From the NCBI RefSeq assembly GCF_008189285.1, contig NZ_CP043315.1:390001-422000 (forward strand): a stretch of 32,000 nucleotides of DNA. Reading direction: 5' to 3'. Below the pieces are notes generated by a model. That model was not told the origin of the DNA and ran no database searches. It saw only the letters and a list, made by a program, of their open reading frames with translations. The first letter of the stretch is position 1, and every line of letters starts with the position of its first letter. This DNA comes from Candidatus Saccharimonadota bacterium (lineage in GTDB: Bacteria; Pseudomonadota; Alphaproteobacteria; CAJXXZ01; 1604HC). Made by a program: the position numbers and the translations under genes. Shown one piece after another: positions 14,632-23,374 of this stretch.

Positions 14632-15966
14632 TTAATCATTGTTCATAGTTGCTTGCTCTCTTATCCAAGCATGAACTTGGTTAATATGAGCAAATTTAAA
14701 CACCTTCATATCATGAGATAATTCAGATCCTTTTGGAATGCAAGCTGAATTAAATCCTAACTTTTCTGCTTCTTTCAATCTTTGATCAACATGTGAGATA
14801 GGTCTTATTTCACCAGATAATCCAATTTCTCCAAATGCAATGCAATCATTAGGAATAGCAATCTTGTACCACGAAGAAAGCAAAGACATGGCAACAGCTA
14901 AATCTGAAGCAGGTTCTAATAATCTAATTCCTCCCACAATATTTAAATAAATATCTTTCCCAGAAACAATAATCTTACATTGATTTTCCAAAACAGCGCA
15001 AATCATAGCTAGTCTCTGAACATCCCACCCAACAACTGCTCTTCTTGGATTTTGCAAGTAAGAATTTGAGATTAATGATTGAATTTCTACTAATAACGGC
15101 CTACTTCCTTCAACTGCAGGGAAAATGCAAGATCCATGTATAACAGATCTATTTTTTAAGAATGATTTCGATGCATTATCAACAGGGATTAATCCCTTGT
15201 CTCTCATTTCAAATATTCCCATTGAGTTGGTAGCGCCAAATCTATTTTTAATTGATCTCAAAATTCTCAGAGAATCAGATCCTTCAAAATACAAAACAGT
15301 ATCAACCATATGCTCTAGCACTTTTGGCCCTGCAATCATTCCATCTTTGTTGACATGACTAATAATTATCAAAGGAATATTTCTATTTTTTGCCCATTGA
15401 ATTAATTTGTTTCCACAAATCCTAACCTGCGCAACACTTCCTGGAGTTGTTTCAGAATACCCATCATACATTGTTTGTATGGAATCTATCATAACAATTC
15501 CAGGATCAGTATTATCAAGAGTGTAAAGAATTTGCTCTAAATTTGTTCCATAAGCACATTTTAAATTTTTCAATTCAAGCTTTAATCTATTTGCACGAAC
15601 TTTAATTTGCTCAATTGACTCTTCTCCAGAAACATAAACAACGCTTTTTTCTTTGAAAGCAGCGCTAATTTGCAACAGCAACGTAGATTTTCCAATTCCT
15701 GGATCTCCACCTATCAGAATCACAGAACCTAAAACAATTCCTCCGCCACAAACATAATCAAATTCAGAAATTTCGGTTTGAAATCTAGTTACCGGCTTTG
15801 AATCTCCAGTTAAAGATTGTAATTCTAATTGATTGACCGACCTGTTCTCGACAACATTTTCAATAATGCTATTCCAAGATCCACAGGCATCACATTTCCC
15901 TGTCCATTTTGCATAAAAAGCCTGACATTCTTTGCAGGCAAACTTAGCTGCTTTAGATTTACTCAT
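14632..15966 (-). CDS. radA: DNA repair protein RadA (Sms)
   Basis: It has an N-terminal zinc finger (CKECQAFYAKWTGKCDACGSW), Walker A (GGDPGIGKSTLLLQ), the KNRFG motif and a Lon-like C-terminal domain (GEIGLSGEIRPI). 444 aa. Confidence 0.92.
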   Translation of the reverse strand: MSKSKAAKFACKECQAFYAKWTGKCDACGSWNSIIENVVENRSVNQLELQSLTGDSKPVTRFQTEISEFDYVCGGGIVLGSVILIGGDPGIGKSTLLLQISAAFKEKSVVYVSGEESIEQIKVRANRLKLELKNLKCAYGTNLEQILYTLDNTDPGIVMIDSIQTMYDGYSETTPGSVAQVRICGNKLIQWAKNRNIPLIIISHVNKDGMIAGPKVLEHMVDTVLYFEGSDSLRILRSIKNRFGATNSMGIFEMRDKGLIPVDNASKSFLKNRSVIHGSCIFPAVEGSRPLLVEIQSLISNSYLQNPRRAVVGWDVQRLAMICAVLENQCKIIVSGKDIYLNIVGGIRLLEPASDLAVAMSLLSSWYKIAIPNDCIAFGEIGLSGEIRPISHVDQRLKEAEKLGFNSACIPKGSELSHDMKVFKFAHINQVHAWIREQATMNND

Positions 15967-16034
15967 TAAACAAATTATATATCATAAAGAAAAAATTATA
16001 CATCATAAAAGAAGCATATTTGTCATTATATTTA

Positions 16035-16298
16035 TTATTGGGGATAAACTTCCATTGCATCGCTCTTGATAATAATTTTTACATTATCAGGCAAGTCTGG
16101 CGTGCTTTCCAATGCATTTGAAATGTAAATTTTTACATTTGGCGCTTTTAATTTGTCAAGTCCATTCATTGTTTCAATTGGCCTATCTCTCAAATCAATA
16201 ACTTCTACAATATCATTTGCAACAAAATCAATTTCTTTCATACTGATGTTCTGCGTTAATGTTATATATTTAATTTTCATTCCAAGCACAGCATCCAA
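16035..16298 (-). pseudogene. possible detached C-terminal piece of the LRR-like gene at 16306-17256 (frame differs by 1), or a small independent ORF starting at the ATG at 16280
   Basis: The track ORF begins at a TTG at 16298; the first ATG is at 16280. It lies 7 nt beyond the stop of the upstream ORF in a different frame. The content (ITLTQNISMKEIDF..., LDKLKAPNVKIYISN...) resembles the repeat-like C-terminal parts of the 454- and 462-aa paralogues. 316 + 87 aa is close to their length. Confidence 0.35.
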
Positions 16299-16305
16299 AT
16301 TATCA

Positions 16306-17256
16306 TTACTGCAAAATCGAAAGTGATTCCAATTCTTTCAAATTACTTATCTCGTGAGCATTATATACATAGCAATTAGAGCTCAACTTTTTAAGACTTG
16401 AAAATCTTAAAATCTGATTAGCTTCAATATTTACATCCTCAGAATCCATATCAAGCTCTTGCAACCCTTCTGGCAATAAACCTAAGATATCTGTATCGTG
16501 TAACCCTTCATTAGCAAGATCTGAATATTTAAAATTAATGCTAGCAGAAGTAATTACACTGCTAAGCTTTTGAAGCGCATCTACTTGATCAAAATGCTCT
16601 TCAGTGGATACCATTCTGCTGCTGATATGAAACTTGTTGAATTTAAATTTTCCTATTTCATCGACCATGGCTATATAACATTTGTCTTCTAGGGAGGAAT
16701 CAGCAACATGTGGAAGATGCGCATTAAACTCATCAACATTATAACAATTAAAATGTTTCATACAAAGCAAAAACAACAATTGATTTTTTTCTATTGATTT
16801 TCGCATAATATCATCATTAGGATTAAATTTATTCACATACTTCAAAAGATCTTCCATGTATGGATTATCATCTGTCAATCTAATATAATTTATATCTATA
16901 GCAATTTTTATATCATCCATTGAATTTCTATCTAAATCACCATGTATATTCTCAATATAATTTAAAAACTGTGTTGTGCTTTTCTCTACTAATTCAGAAC
17001 CACTGATAAGAGCAAGCATGTCTATTCCTGTATTTTCTACATCAATATCATGCTCAAAGCATTTGTTATTATTTTTATATATAACATGCACATATGACAA
17101 AACTTCTAAAATACTATTGTTAAACTCTCCAATGCTTTGCATGTAATCGATTAATTTATAATCTGATTCACATTCAACATCTGATCCTACCGCATGCGTA
17201 TTAATTAAAATCGCTGAGCAAAATATCATCTCTTTAAATAATTTTATAAATCTCAT
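16306..17256 (-). CDS. secreted LRR-like family protein, diverged third member (probably truncated)
   Basis: It has a hydrophobic N-terminus (MRFIKLFKEMIFCSAILINTHAVG). It shares the family block NQLLFLLCMKHFNCYNVDEFNAHL (compare NQLIYLSCMDYCSDYNEDLTYHI and NQFIYLSCIGYCSDYNEDLTYHI). The C-terminal end is L-rich (LKKLSSNCYVYNAHEISNLKELESLSILQ). Confidence 0.5.
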   Translation of the reverse strand: MRFIKLFKEMIFCSAILINTHAVGSDVECESDYKLIDYMQSIGEFNNSILEVLSYVHVIYKNNNKCFEHDIDVENTGIDMLALISGSELVEKSTTQFLNYIENIHGDLDRNSMDDIKIAIDINYIRLTDDNPYMEDLLKYVNKFNPNDDIMRKSIEKNQLLFLLCMKHFNCYNVDEFNAHLPHVADSSLEDKCYIAMVDEIGKFKFNKFHISSRMVSTEEHFDQVDALQKLSSVITSASINFKYSDLANEGLHDTDILGLLPEGLQELDMDSEDVNIEANQILRFSSLKKLSSNCYVYNAHEISNLKELESLSILQ

Positions 17257-17282
17257 TTCAAATTAGTAACATAAATCCAAAT

Positions 17283-17691
17283 GCTAATAAAGCCCTTACA
17301 GCATTTATAAAATTAAATATAATAACGCTAAATTAAACATAGTAACTCTATAATATTTAATAAAATTAGATGAAATAAATTAACACCAAACTAAAATTAA
17401 CAAAAAAACCTTGCAGTATTTGCAAATTAGATATAATAGATAAATTAAAAATATAGTTCAAATAATATTTATAAAATTATATATAACAACTAATATGTAA
17501 ATTAAAATTACAAAACCCTTACAATACTTATAAATTAAATACAGCAACTCTAAATTAAATAGCAATTCTACAACATTTAGCAAAATTAGATGCAATAAAT
17601 TAACAGCATAAATTAAAATTACAAAACCCTTGCAATACTTATAAATTAAATACAGCAACTCTAAATTAAATAGCAATTCTACAACATTTAG
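17283..17691. repeat. about 112-bp tandem repeat array: two near-identical copies preceded by about two degenerate copies
   Basis: taaattaaaattacaaaaccctt(a/g)caatacttataaattaaatacagcaactctaaattaaatagcaattctacaacatttag occurs at 17497 and at 17609, a period of 112 bp. Recognisably related but decayed copies lie at about 17283-17496 (cccttacagcatttataaaattaaat...; ccttgcagtatttgcaaattagat...). Confidence 0.8.
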
Positions 17692-17973
17692 TTATTAAAT
17701 AAAAAAATAAGCTAATAAAAAATTGATAATGCAAATCCAGATATGAGAAAGCTTTGGCAATATTCCATAAAATCAAACATAGCAAAGCCTTAATAATATT
17801 CAATAAAATTAAATTGCAAAAGCAAATTCATAATTGAATAATTCGTAAATAATTTCATAATTATAATTCTTAAAATGTAAATTCCCAGACAGAAAGTCTA
17901 GAGAATAATATGCAAATGCATAACAATCGACCAGAAAAGCGATCGATCAAAAATCAACAAAATTAAGTTGAAA

Positions 17974-18018
17974 AGTCAACAAAGTCAACAAAGTCAACAA
18001 AGTCAACAAAGTCAAAAA
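17974..18018. repeat. 9-bp microsatellite-like tandem repeat (agtcaacaa x4 plus a partial fifth)
   Basis: Counted directly. There are four perfect copies at 17974-18009, then agtcaaaaa. The array ends 10 nt from the pal stop codon. Confidence 0.9.
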
Positions 18019-18027
18019 TTAAAAAAC

Positions 18028-18465
18028 TTAAACGTATTTTTTAATTATTGCAACTCTGTTTTTCTTTGGATGACCTTTGCCTGCAGGAAGTTTTTCTTCT
18101 CCGAAAGCTTTGCATTCAATTCTTGATTCTGAAATTCCATGATCAGATAAGTAGCTTTGAACTGACTTAGCTCTTCTCATAGACAATCTTTTATTGTATG
18201 CAGATTTTCCAACTGCGCTTGCGTGACCCGCTACACAAATAGATGAATTTGGATTCTTTTTCATCCAAACAATCAAAGCGTCTAATTCGCATCTAGATTT
18301 ATCATCTAACATGCATGAATCATGAGCGAAACAAACTGCAAAGCAACCTGCTTCTCTCTTTATGCTGGAATTAACTTCCTTGGCACTTCTGTTGCAACTT
18401 TGCTTCTCACAACCAGATAGTAAAAAAGCAGATAAAATAACACTAAAAGCTACAAATGATTTCAT
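18028..18465 (-). CDS. pal: peptidoglycan-associated lipoprotein (OmpA-C-like domain), Pal
   Basis: It has a lipobox (AFLLSGC). The OmpA-C domain motifs are FAHDSCMLD (the FxxDSxxL position), GHASAVGKSAYNKRLSMRRAKSV (the GHTDxxGxxxYNxxLSxRRA pattern) and AFGEEKL. 145 aa. Confidence 0.85.
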   Translation of the reverse strand: MKSFVAFSVILSAFLLSGCEKQSCNRSAKEVNSSIKREAGCFAVCFAHDSCMLDDKSRCELDALIVWMKKNPNSSICVAGHASAVGKSAYNKRLSMRRAKSVQSYLSDHGISESRIECKAFGEEKLPAGKGHPKKNRVAIIKKYV

Positions 18466-18708
18466 AACATCCTCCTATATTTATAATGAGCATACAAAAG
18501 ACCAGTAAATATCTTATTAATGAATGCCTTACAAGAAAATATTATACAAAATTACTATATAAATCAATAAAATAATCATATTTTTTAAATATTACAAACA
18601 ATCTCGGATAAATGTCATAAATAACACTAGGCATAGAAATCAAATAAACAAATTATCACTTTCACATAATGTATTTATCATTTACAATATCTCTTAAGGA
18701 ATCTAAAT

Positions 18709-20478
18709 ATGAATACGCCAAGAAATATATCAAAAAACGTTGAGTTAGCTCCAAGAAGCGATGAATTAATCGAGAGTTTATTTCAACTTGCTAGTGAAAA
18801 AAATTTAAATACCACTCTATTATTTGAAATTGTTGAAGATTCTATAAGAGAGGTTCTCGCAAGAACTAAGGGAGATATACCTATAGATGTCAAAATTGAT
18901 ATTGATAACAAAACTATATGTATTTATGCAATCAAAACCATAGTTGAAGATGAACCTCAAGACATATACGAGATCTCTTTAGAAGAAGCGTTAAAAAGCG
19001 ATCCAGATGCAGAAATTGATGGTCAAGCTAGAGAATTAATTGGAACTGGATTTTCATCTATGCCTTTCATGAGGACATCTATTAATGCTGTAAGAAAATT
19101 ACTGCAAGAAAAAATTATGATTTTGGAAAAGGAAGCAGAATTCGATACATTTTCTGAGAAAAAAAATACCATGATATCTGCAAGGGTAAAAAGCATATCA
19201 TTTGGAAATATAATCTTAGATATAAAGGGAGGAGAAGGATATATGCATTCTTCTGAAATCATTCCTGGAGAAACATTTAAGATTAATCAAGAAATCAAAG
19301 CTTATATATATCAAGTAGAAGAAAATCAAAAAGGACCTCAGGTCATGTTATCAAGAAAGCACCCAGGAATGCTTGAATATTTGTTTGATGAAAATGTTCC
19401 CGAAATTGGAGATAAGATATCCATAAGAGCAATTGCAAGAGAAGCTGGAAGTAAGTCAAAAGTTGCTGTGACTTCTGAAGATCCTGATATAGATCCAATT
19501 GGATCATGCATAGGAAAGAATGGAGACAGAATCAAAGCTGTAATGAGAGAGTTAAGCAATGAAAAAATAGATATAATTAATTGGTCTGATGATCTTATAA
19601 CTCTAGTTATAAATGCTATATATCCTGCTGAAATTGTTAAAGTTGTTGTTAAAGATGAAAATGATATAGAACTAGTAATAAAAGATGATAATATGCATAT
19701 CGCAATCGGAAGAGATGGTCAAAATGTTAGATTGGCTAGAAAATTAACTAAATGCAAAATAAAAATATCATCAGAAACAGAATATAAAGCAGAAGAATTA
19801 AGAATCGCGAATAAAGCTAGAGAAGAATTTAAAGAAATTGGAATGAACGATGATGATATAGAATTGTTTATTGAAAATGGAATTCTATCATGTAACGCTA
19901 TAGTGGAAAATAATCCAGATGAAATAAAAGAAATTGAAGGAATTTCTTTGAATAATGAAGAAATGGAAGATTTAATACACAAAGCAAATGAAAAATGCAT
20001 TGCTAATTATACAAAAATTGCAACTGAATTGGAGAGTAAAATTGACTCCCCAGATGATAGAATCACTATTGAAGAAATAGCCTCTCTTGCTCAAAATGGA
20101 ATACTTACTAATGAAGATGTTGCTTATATGGACACATATGACATGATAGATATTATAGGTAATAAATTTAGCAAGTATGATGTAGATGAAATCATAATGA
20201 ATTTCAGAAAAGATTTAGGAATAATTGACGAATACTTCAGAGAAGATGAAGGATCTGATGATAAATCTGACGAAAATACATCAGAAGATGGATCTTATGA
20301 TGAAGATGGTAATTTTATCAGCTCCGCAGAGAAGTCAGAAGAAGGCAGATCAAATGAGCCTGATTCATTTGATGAAAATGAGTCATCTGATGAAGAAAAA
20401 ACTGAAAATTCTCCATTAAATGAAGAGAAATCTGATGAACATAAAAATCCATCTGAAAATCCATCTTTAGACAATTAG
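18709..20478 (+). CDS. nusA: transcription termination/antitermination factor NusA with a long acidic C-terminal extension
   Basis: It has an S1 region (ISARVKSISFGNIILDIKGGEGYMHSSEIIPGE), KH1 (SCIGKNGDRIKAVMRELSNEKIDII) and KH2 (AIGRDGQNVRLARKLTKCKI). The 589-aa length includes an approximately 80-aa Asp/Glu/Ser-rich tail. Confidence 0.9.
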   Translation: MNTPRNISKNVELAPRSDELIESLFQLASEKNLNTTLLFEIVEDSIREVLARTKGDIPIDVKIDIDNKTICIYAIKTIVEDEPQDIYEISLEEALKSDPDAEIDGQARELIGTGFSSMPFMRTSINAVRKLLQEKIMILEKEAEFDTFSEKKNTMISARVKSISFGNIILDIKGGEGYMHSSEIIPGETFKINQEIKAYIYQVEENQKGPQVMLSRKHPGMLEYLFDENVPEIGDKISIRAIAREAGSKSKVAVTSEDPDIDPIGSCIGKNGDRIKAVMRELSNEKIDIINWSDDLITLVINAIYPAEIVKVVVKDENDIELVIKDDNMHIAIGRDGQNVRLARKLTKCKIKISSETEYKAEELRIANKAREEFKEIGMNDDDIELFIENGILSCNAIVENNPDEIKEIEGISLNNEEMEDLIHKANEKCIANYTKIATELESKIDSPDDRITIEEIASLAQNGILTNEDVAYMDTYDMIDIIGNKFSKYDVDEIIMNFRKDLGIIDEYFREDEGSDDKSDENTSEDGSYDEDGNFISSAEKSEEGRSNEPDSFDENESSDEEKTENSPLNEEKSDEHKNPSENPSLDN

Positions 20479-20594
20479 AATCTTTATTTTATTAAAATCC
20501 TAATTCTAAAAAATTAAATTGTATTTTAAATCATATATTTAAATTTAATTAATTCTGATTTGCTATCGATTGCAAGATCTAATATAATCAATAT

Positions 20595-21959
20595 ATGAAT
20601 ATACTTAAATCAACTTTAACTTCATTTGTATTGTCATCAGGCTGCTCACATGCAGTAAGTAATTTTCAATTCAAGGAATTTGACCACAATGCAATATGCG
20701 TACTTTCATGTACTTACAAAATTGTGCAGGATAAAAAACTTAAACATATTACTATAACTGAAGATATTGATATGGAAGATATTGATATGGAAGGCGATAA
20801 AGACAGTCTTATTAAATATATCAGCACAATATCTGAAACAGAACTAACAGAACAAAGTGGTTTATCAGAAATAAAAGATGCGCTTATGCTAAGTGCTAGC
20901 TCAATTGAAGATGCATATATTAGAGAGCTTGCAGAAGAGTTATGCGTTCTCCAAGCATCAAATGAAACAGAAAGACATCACAGACATTTAAGTCCATTAA
21001 TACCCAAATCTGCCAATCAATTGATCTATTTGTCATGTATGGATTATTGTTCAGATTACAATGAAGATTTAACTTATCATATCAAAAATGCCTTATTTTA
21101 TTTAGGATCAATTGCCAGTATATTATATAGCACACACGATGTTATGCATGGAATAGGGCAAGATTTCTTAAAAATAATAGCTCAAAATTCTTTAAAATTA
21201 ATAAGTAGATGTAGTTTTGAAAATTCAAGAATAGTGATAAGTGATATTGGCGCAAGCTTTAATGAAATGGAGCGAATTATTGACAATTTCTCATCAGTCA
21301 ATAATGCAGCTGTGTCTTTGCGCAAAGAAAGCATTGACTTGGCATTAGCCAAGATTCCAAACGCAAGCACTCTAATATTTTACAACTGCATTGATGTGCT
21401 AGCAAATACTCAATTAAATGATTTACAAGAATTAATAATGGATAATGTAGATTCATTCGAAATAGATGCTATAAAAATTCCTAATGTAAAAACATTGCGT
21501 ATAGAGAAAAATATGCGCCATCAATTTAAAGATGCGCCCAATTTATGCATACCAAGCTTTGTTTGGGATCTTGCAAATCTAGAGAATTTAGAAGACAGAT
21601 CTGGCATAATAAGAACAACAAACATTTCAAAAGACAATGGATTAAAATCACTTCTATTAAGCTCTGTGTCAGAAATTAAAGGATTAAACAATCTAAAATC
21701 ATTAGAAAAATTCAGCTTTAGAAGCGCTAGTGAAATCACATTAGGAGAAGATATAAAATCAGATTCTGTAAAGGATTTATGCATATTTATACAAGAAAGC
21801 ATAACAAATCTAGATGAAATTCTTACATACTTTCCTAATTTAGAAAAACTAACCATGCGTTATGAATCAGTTCGTAATGAAGATATGGCTAATTACACGT
21901 CTAGAATTTTAAATGAAAAAGGCATATCAGCTGATTGTAAACAGGGATATAGCTTATAA
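20595..21959 (+). CDS. secreted LRR-like family protein, paralogue A
   Basis: It has a signal-like N-terminus (MNILKSTLTSFVLSSGCSHA|VS). The first ~120 aa are near-identical to the ORF at 27414-28802. The C-terminal half has L/N-rich ~22-25-aa periodic segments (IPNVKTLRIEKN, LANLENLEDRSG, LNNLKSLEKFSF, FPNLEKLTMRY). Confidence 0.6.
   Translation: MNILKSTLTSFVLSSGCSHAVSNFQFKEFDHNAICVLSCTYKIVQDKKLKHITITEDIDMEDIDMEGDKDSLIKYISTISETELTEQSGLSEIKDALMLSASSIEDAYIRELAEELCVLQASNETERHHRHLSPLIPKSANQLIYLSCMDYCSDYNEDLTYHIKNALFYLGSIASILYSTHDVMHGIGQDFLKIIAQNSLKLISRCSFENSRIVISDIGASFNEMERIIDNFSSVNNAAVSLRKESIDLALAKIPNASTLIFYNCIDVLANTQLNDLQELIMDNVDSFEIDAIKIPNVKTLRIEKNMRHQFKDAPNLCIPSFVWDLANLENLEDRSGIIRTTNISKDNGLKSLLLSSVSEIKGLNNLKSLEKFSFRSASEITLGEDIKSDSVKDLCIFIQESITNLDEILTYFPNLEKLTMRYESVRNEDMANYTSRILNEKGISADCKQGYSL
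20700..20912. repeat. left copy of a 213-bp near-identical inverted repeat (the partner is 28485-28697)
   Basis: By eye, gtactttcatgtacttacaaaattgtgcaggataaaaaactt...gctagctcaattgaagat equals the reverse complement of 28485-28697 except for 2 mismatches (ataactgaagat versus ataattaaagat). The flanks are clearly more diverged. Confidence 0.85.
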
Positions 21960-23052
21960 TTGCTGCGCCATATTTATACAGCACAATAAAAAAGCCTAAC
22001 AAGTTGTAATTCTATTATCAATTCAAAAATCTTCAAATTATTATAAAGCTAAATTTCTCTCTTTAAGCTCAAAGATATTTGAGTTCAAGAATCTTCAAAT
22101 TAATATTTTCTATACAGCTTCAAAAGTATCTTAGTTATTTGTCAGGCATACTTTTTATAATAACAAAATTCAAGACAAAATCCCTTTAATTGATAAAATC
22201 TGCAACATGAGCAAATGAAACAAATTATATTTCATAAGATTTTGCACATTGGGTAAAAAGCATCTTCATAAATATTTCTAAAAAGCTATTGCCTACATGC
22301 ATTTCAAATCAGTTTCTATAGGGCTGATCAATTATACAAAACAATTGAAACGGTATTATGAATCTTTTTCTAATGACTTTTTATTAATATAAATTATTTA
22401 TATTATTTCAACTTTAAGCATTTGCATGCAATTAGTCTTAAATCTTTCATCTAATATTTCTGATATTATTTATAATATCTCTCATTGATTATGAGTTTAT
22501 ATAAAAGAAACTTTGCCTAAATTAATTTCAATGCTATTTCTTTAATGATAAAATATAATAAATATTAAGATTGATTGATATTATAAAATAACCAATCAAA
22601 ATAAACTGATAAATCTGATCTATATATTTCAATTCCATATTTCTTAGCTTTTAAACTATGGAGCAAAACTATCATTTGCACAAATTAATCGATGAGTTTT
22701 TATCATTCAAATAATTTAAGAAGATTGGTCTAACTAATTTTCTTAAATATATTAAAACTAAATAATTTTATTTGTAACTTTTGTTAATTATAAATTTTGA
22801 TTAAAAGATTAATTCAATTAAGATAATAAAATGATAAGCATACAATAATGCTCATTAAAAAATTAAGTTTATTGAATTTTCAAATTATATGAAAAACTTG
22901 CAAATTGAGTGTTTGTTTTTTCTAATCAACTGCCCTGTTTTTTAATAAAAGTATTATTTTACGAATATTATCTTATGATACTATTGATGAATATCAATCA
23001 ATTCAGATTGATAAATTTGATTTTAAGTTATTTGTAAATTTGTTAAAGCGAA

Positions 23053-23214
23053 TTATTTGAGTTTTTTCTCTTTAACAACAACATGTTTTCTGAGTTTTGA
23101 GCTATACTTTTTTAATTCAAGCTTTCTACCCTTCATTCCACCAGTTTTTTTACAAACTCCGAAATACCCATCACCAACTAGAGCGATTAATCCAAGATCA
23201 TTCTTTTTTGCCAT
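23053..23214 (-). CDS. rpmG: 50S ribosomal protein L33
   Basis: Below the ORF-track size cutoff. My translation is MAKKNDLGLIALVGDGYFGVCKKTGGMKGRKLELKKYSSKLRKHVVVKEKKLK (53 aa). The pattern MAKK...rLeLkKYspklRKHvlfKExK is the L33 signature. It lies directly downstream of tRNA-Phe on the same strand. Confidence 0.85.
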   Translation of the reverse strand: MAKKNDLGLIALVGDGYFGVCKKTGGMKGRKLELKKYSSKLRKHVVVKEKKLK

Positions 23215-23236
23215 AAAAACCCCTTAATTTAAGAAA

Positions 23237-23309
23237 TGCCTAGAGCCGGAATCGAACCAGCGACACGTAGATCTTCAATCTACTGCTCTACCGACTGAGC
23301 TATCCAGGC
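23237..23309 (-). tRNA. tRNA-Phe (anticodon GAA), with no encoded CCA
   Basis: The reverse complement reads GCCTGGATAGCTCAGTCGGTAGAGCAGTAGATTGAAGATCTACGTGTCGCTGGTTCGATTCCGGCTCTAGGCA. The 7-bp acceptor stem has one G-T pair. The D arm is AGCTCAGTCGGTAGAGC. The anticodon stem is GTAGA/TCTAC with loop TTGAAGA. The T arm contains GGTTCGATTCC. Confidence 0.92.
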
Positions 23310-23374
23310 AACCTAAGCATTATAATCTAAAATTATAAAAACTTCTATAGATTTGCAAGAAAATTGCAAAACTA

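Noticed and set aside
17458-17676. A 72-aa ORF on the - strand in the ORF track has an internally duplicated sequence (LFNLELLYLIYKYCKGFVILIY twice).
   Set aside because: It lies entirely within the 112-bp tandem repeat. The internal duplication simply mirrors the DNA repeat, and it has no RBS and an extreme hydrophobic, AT-codon composition. It is almost certainly not a gene.
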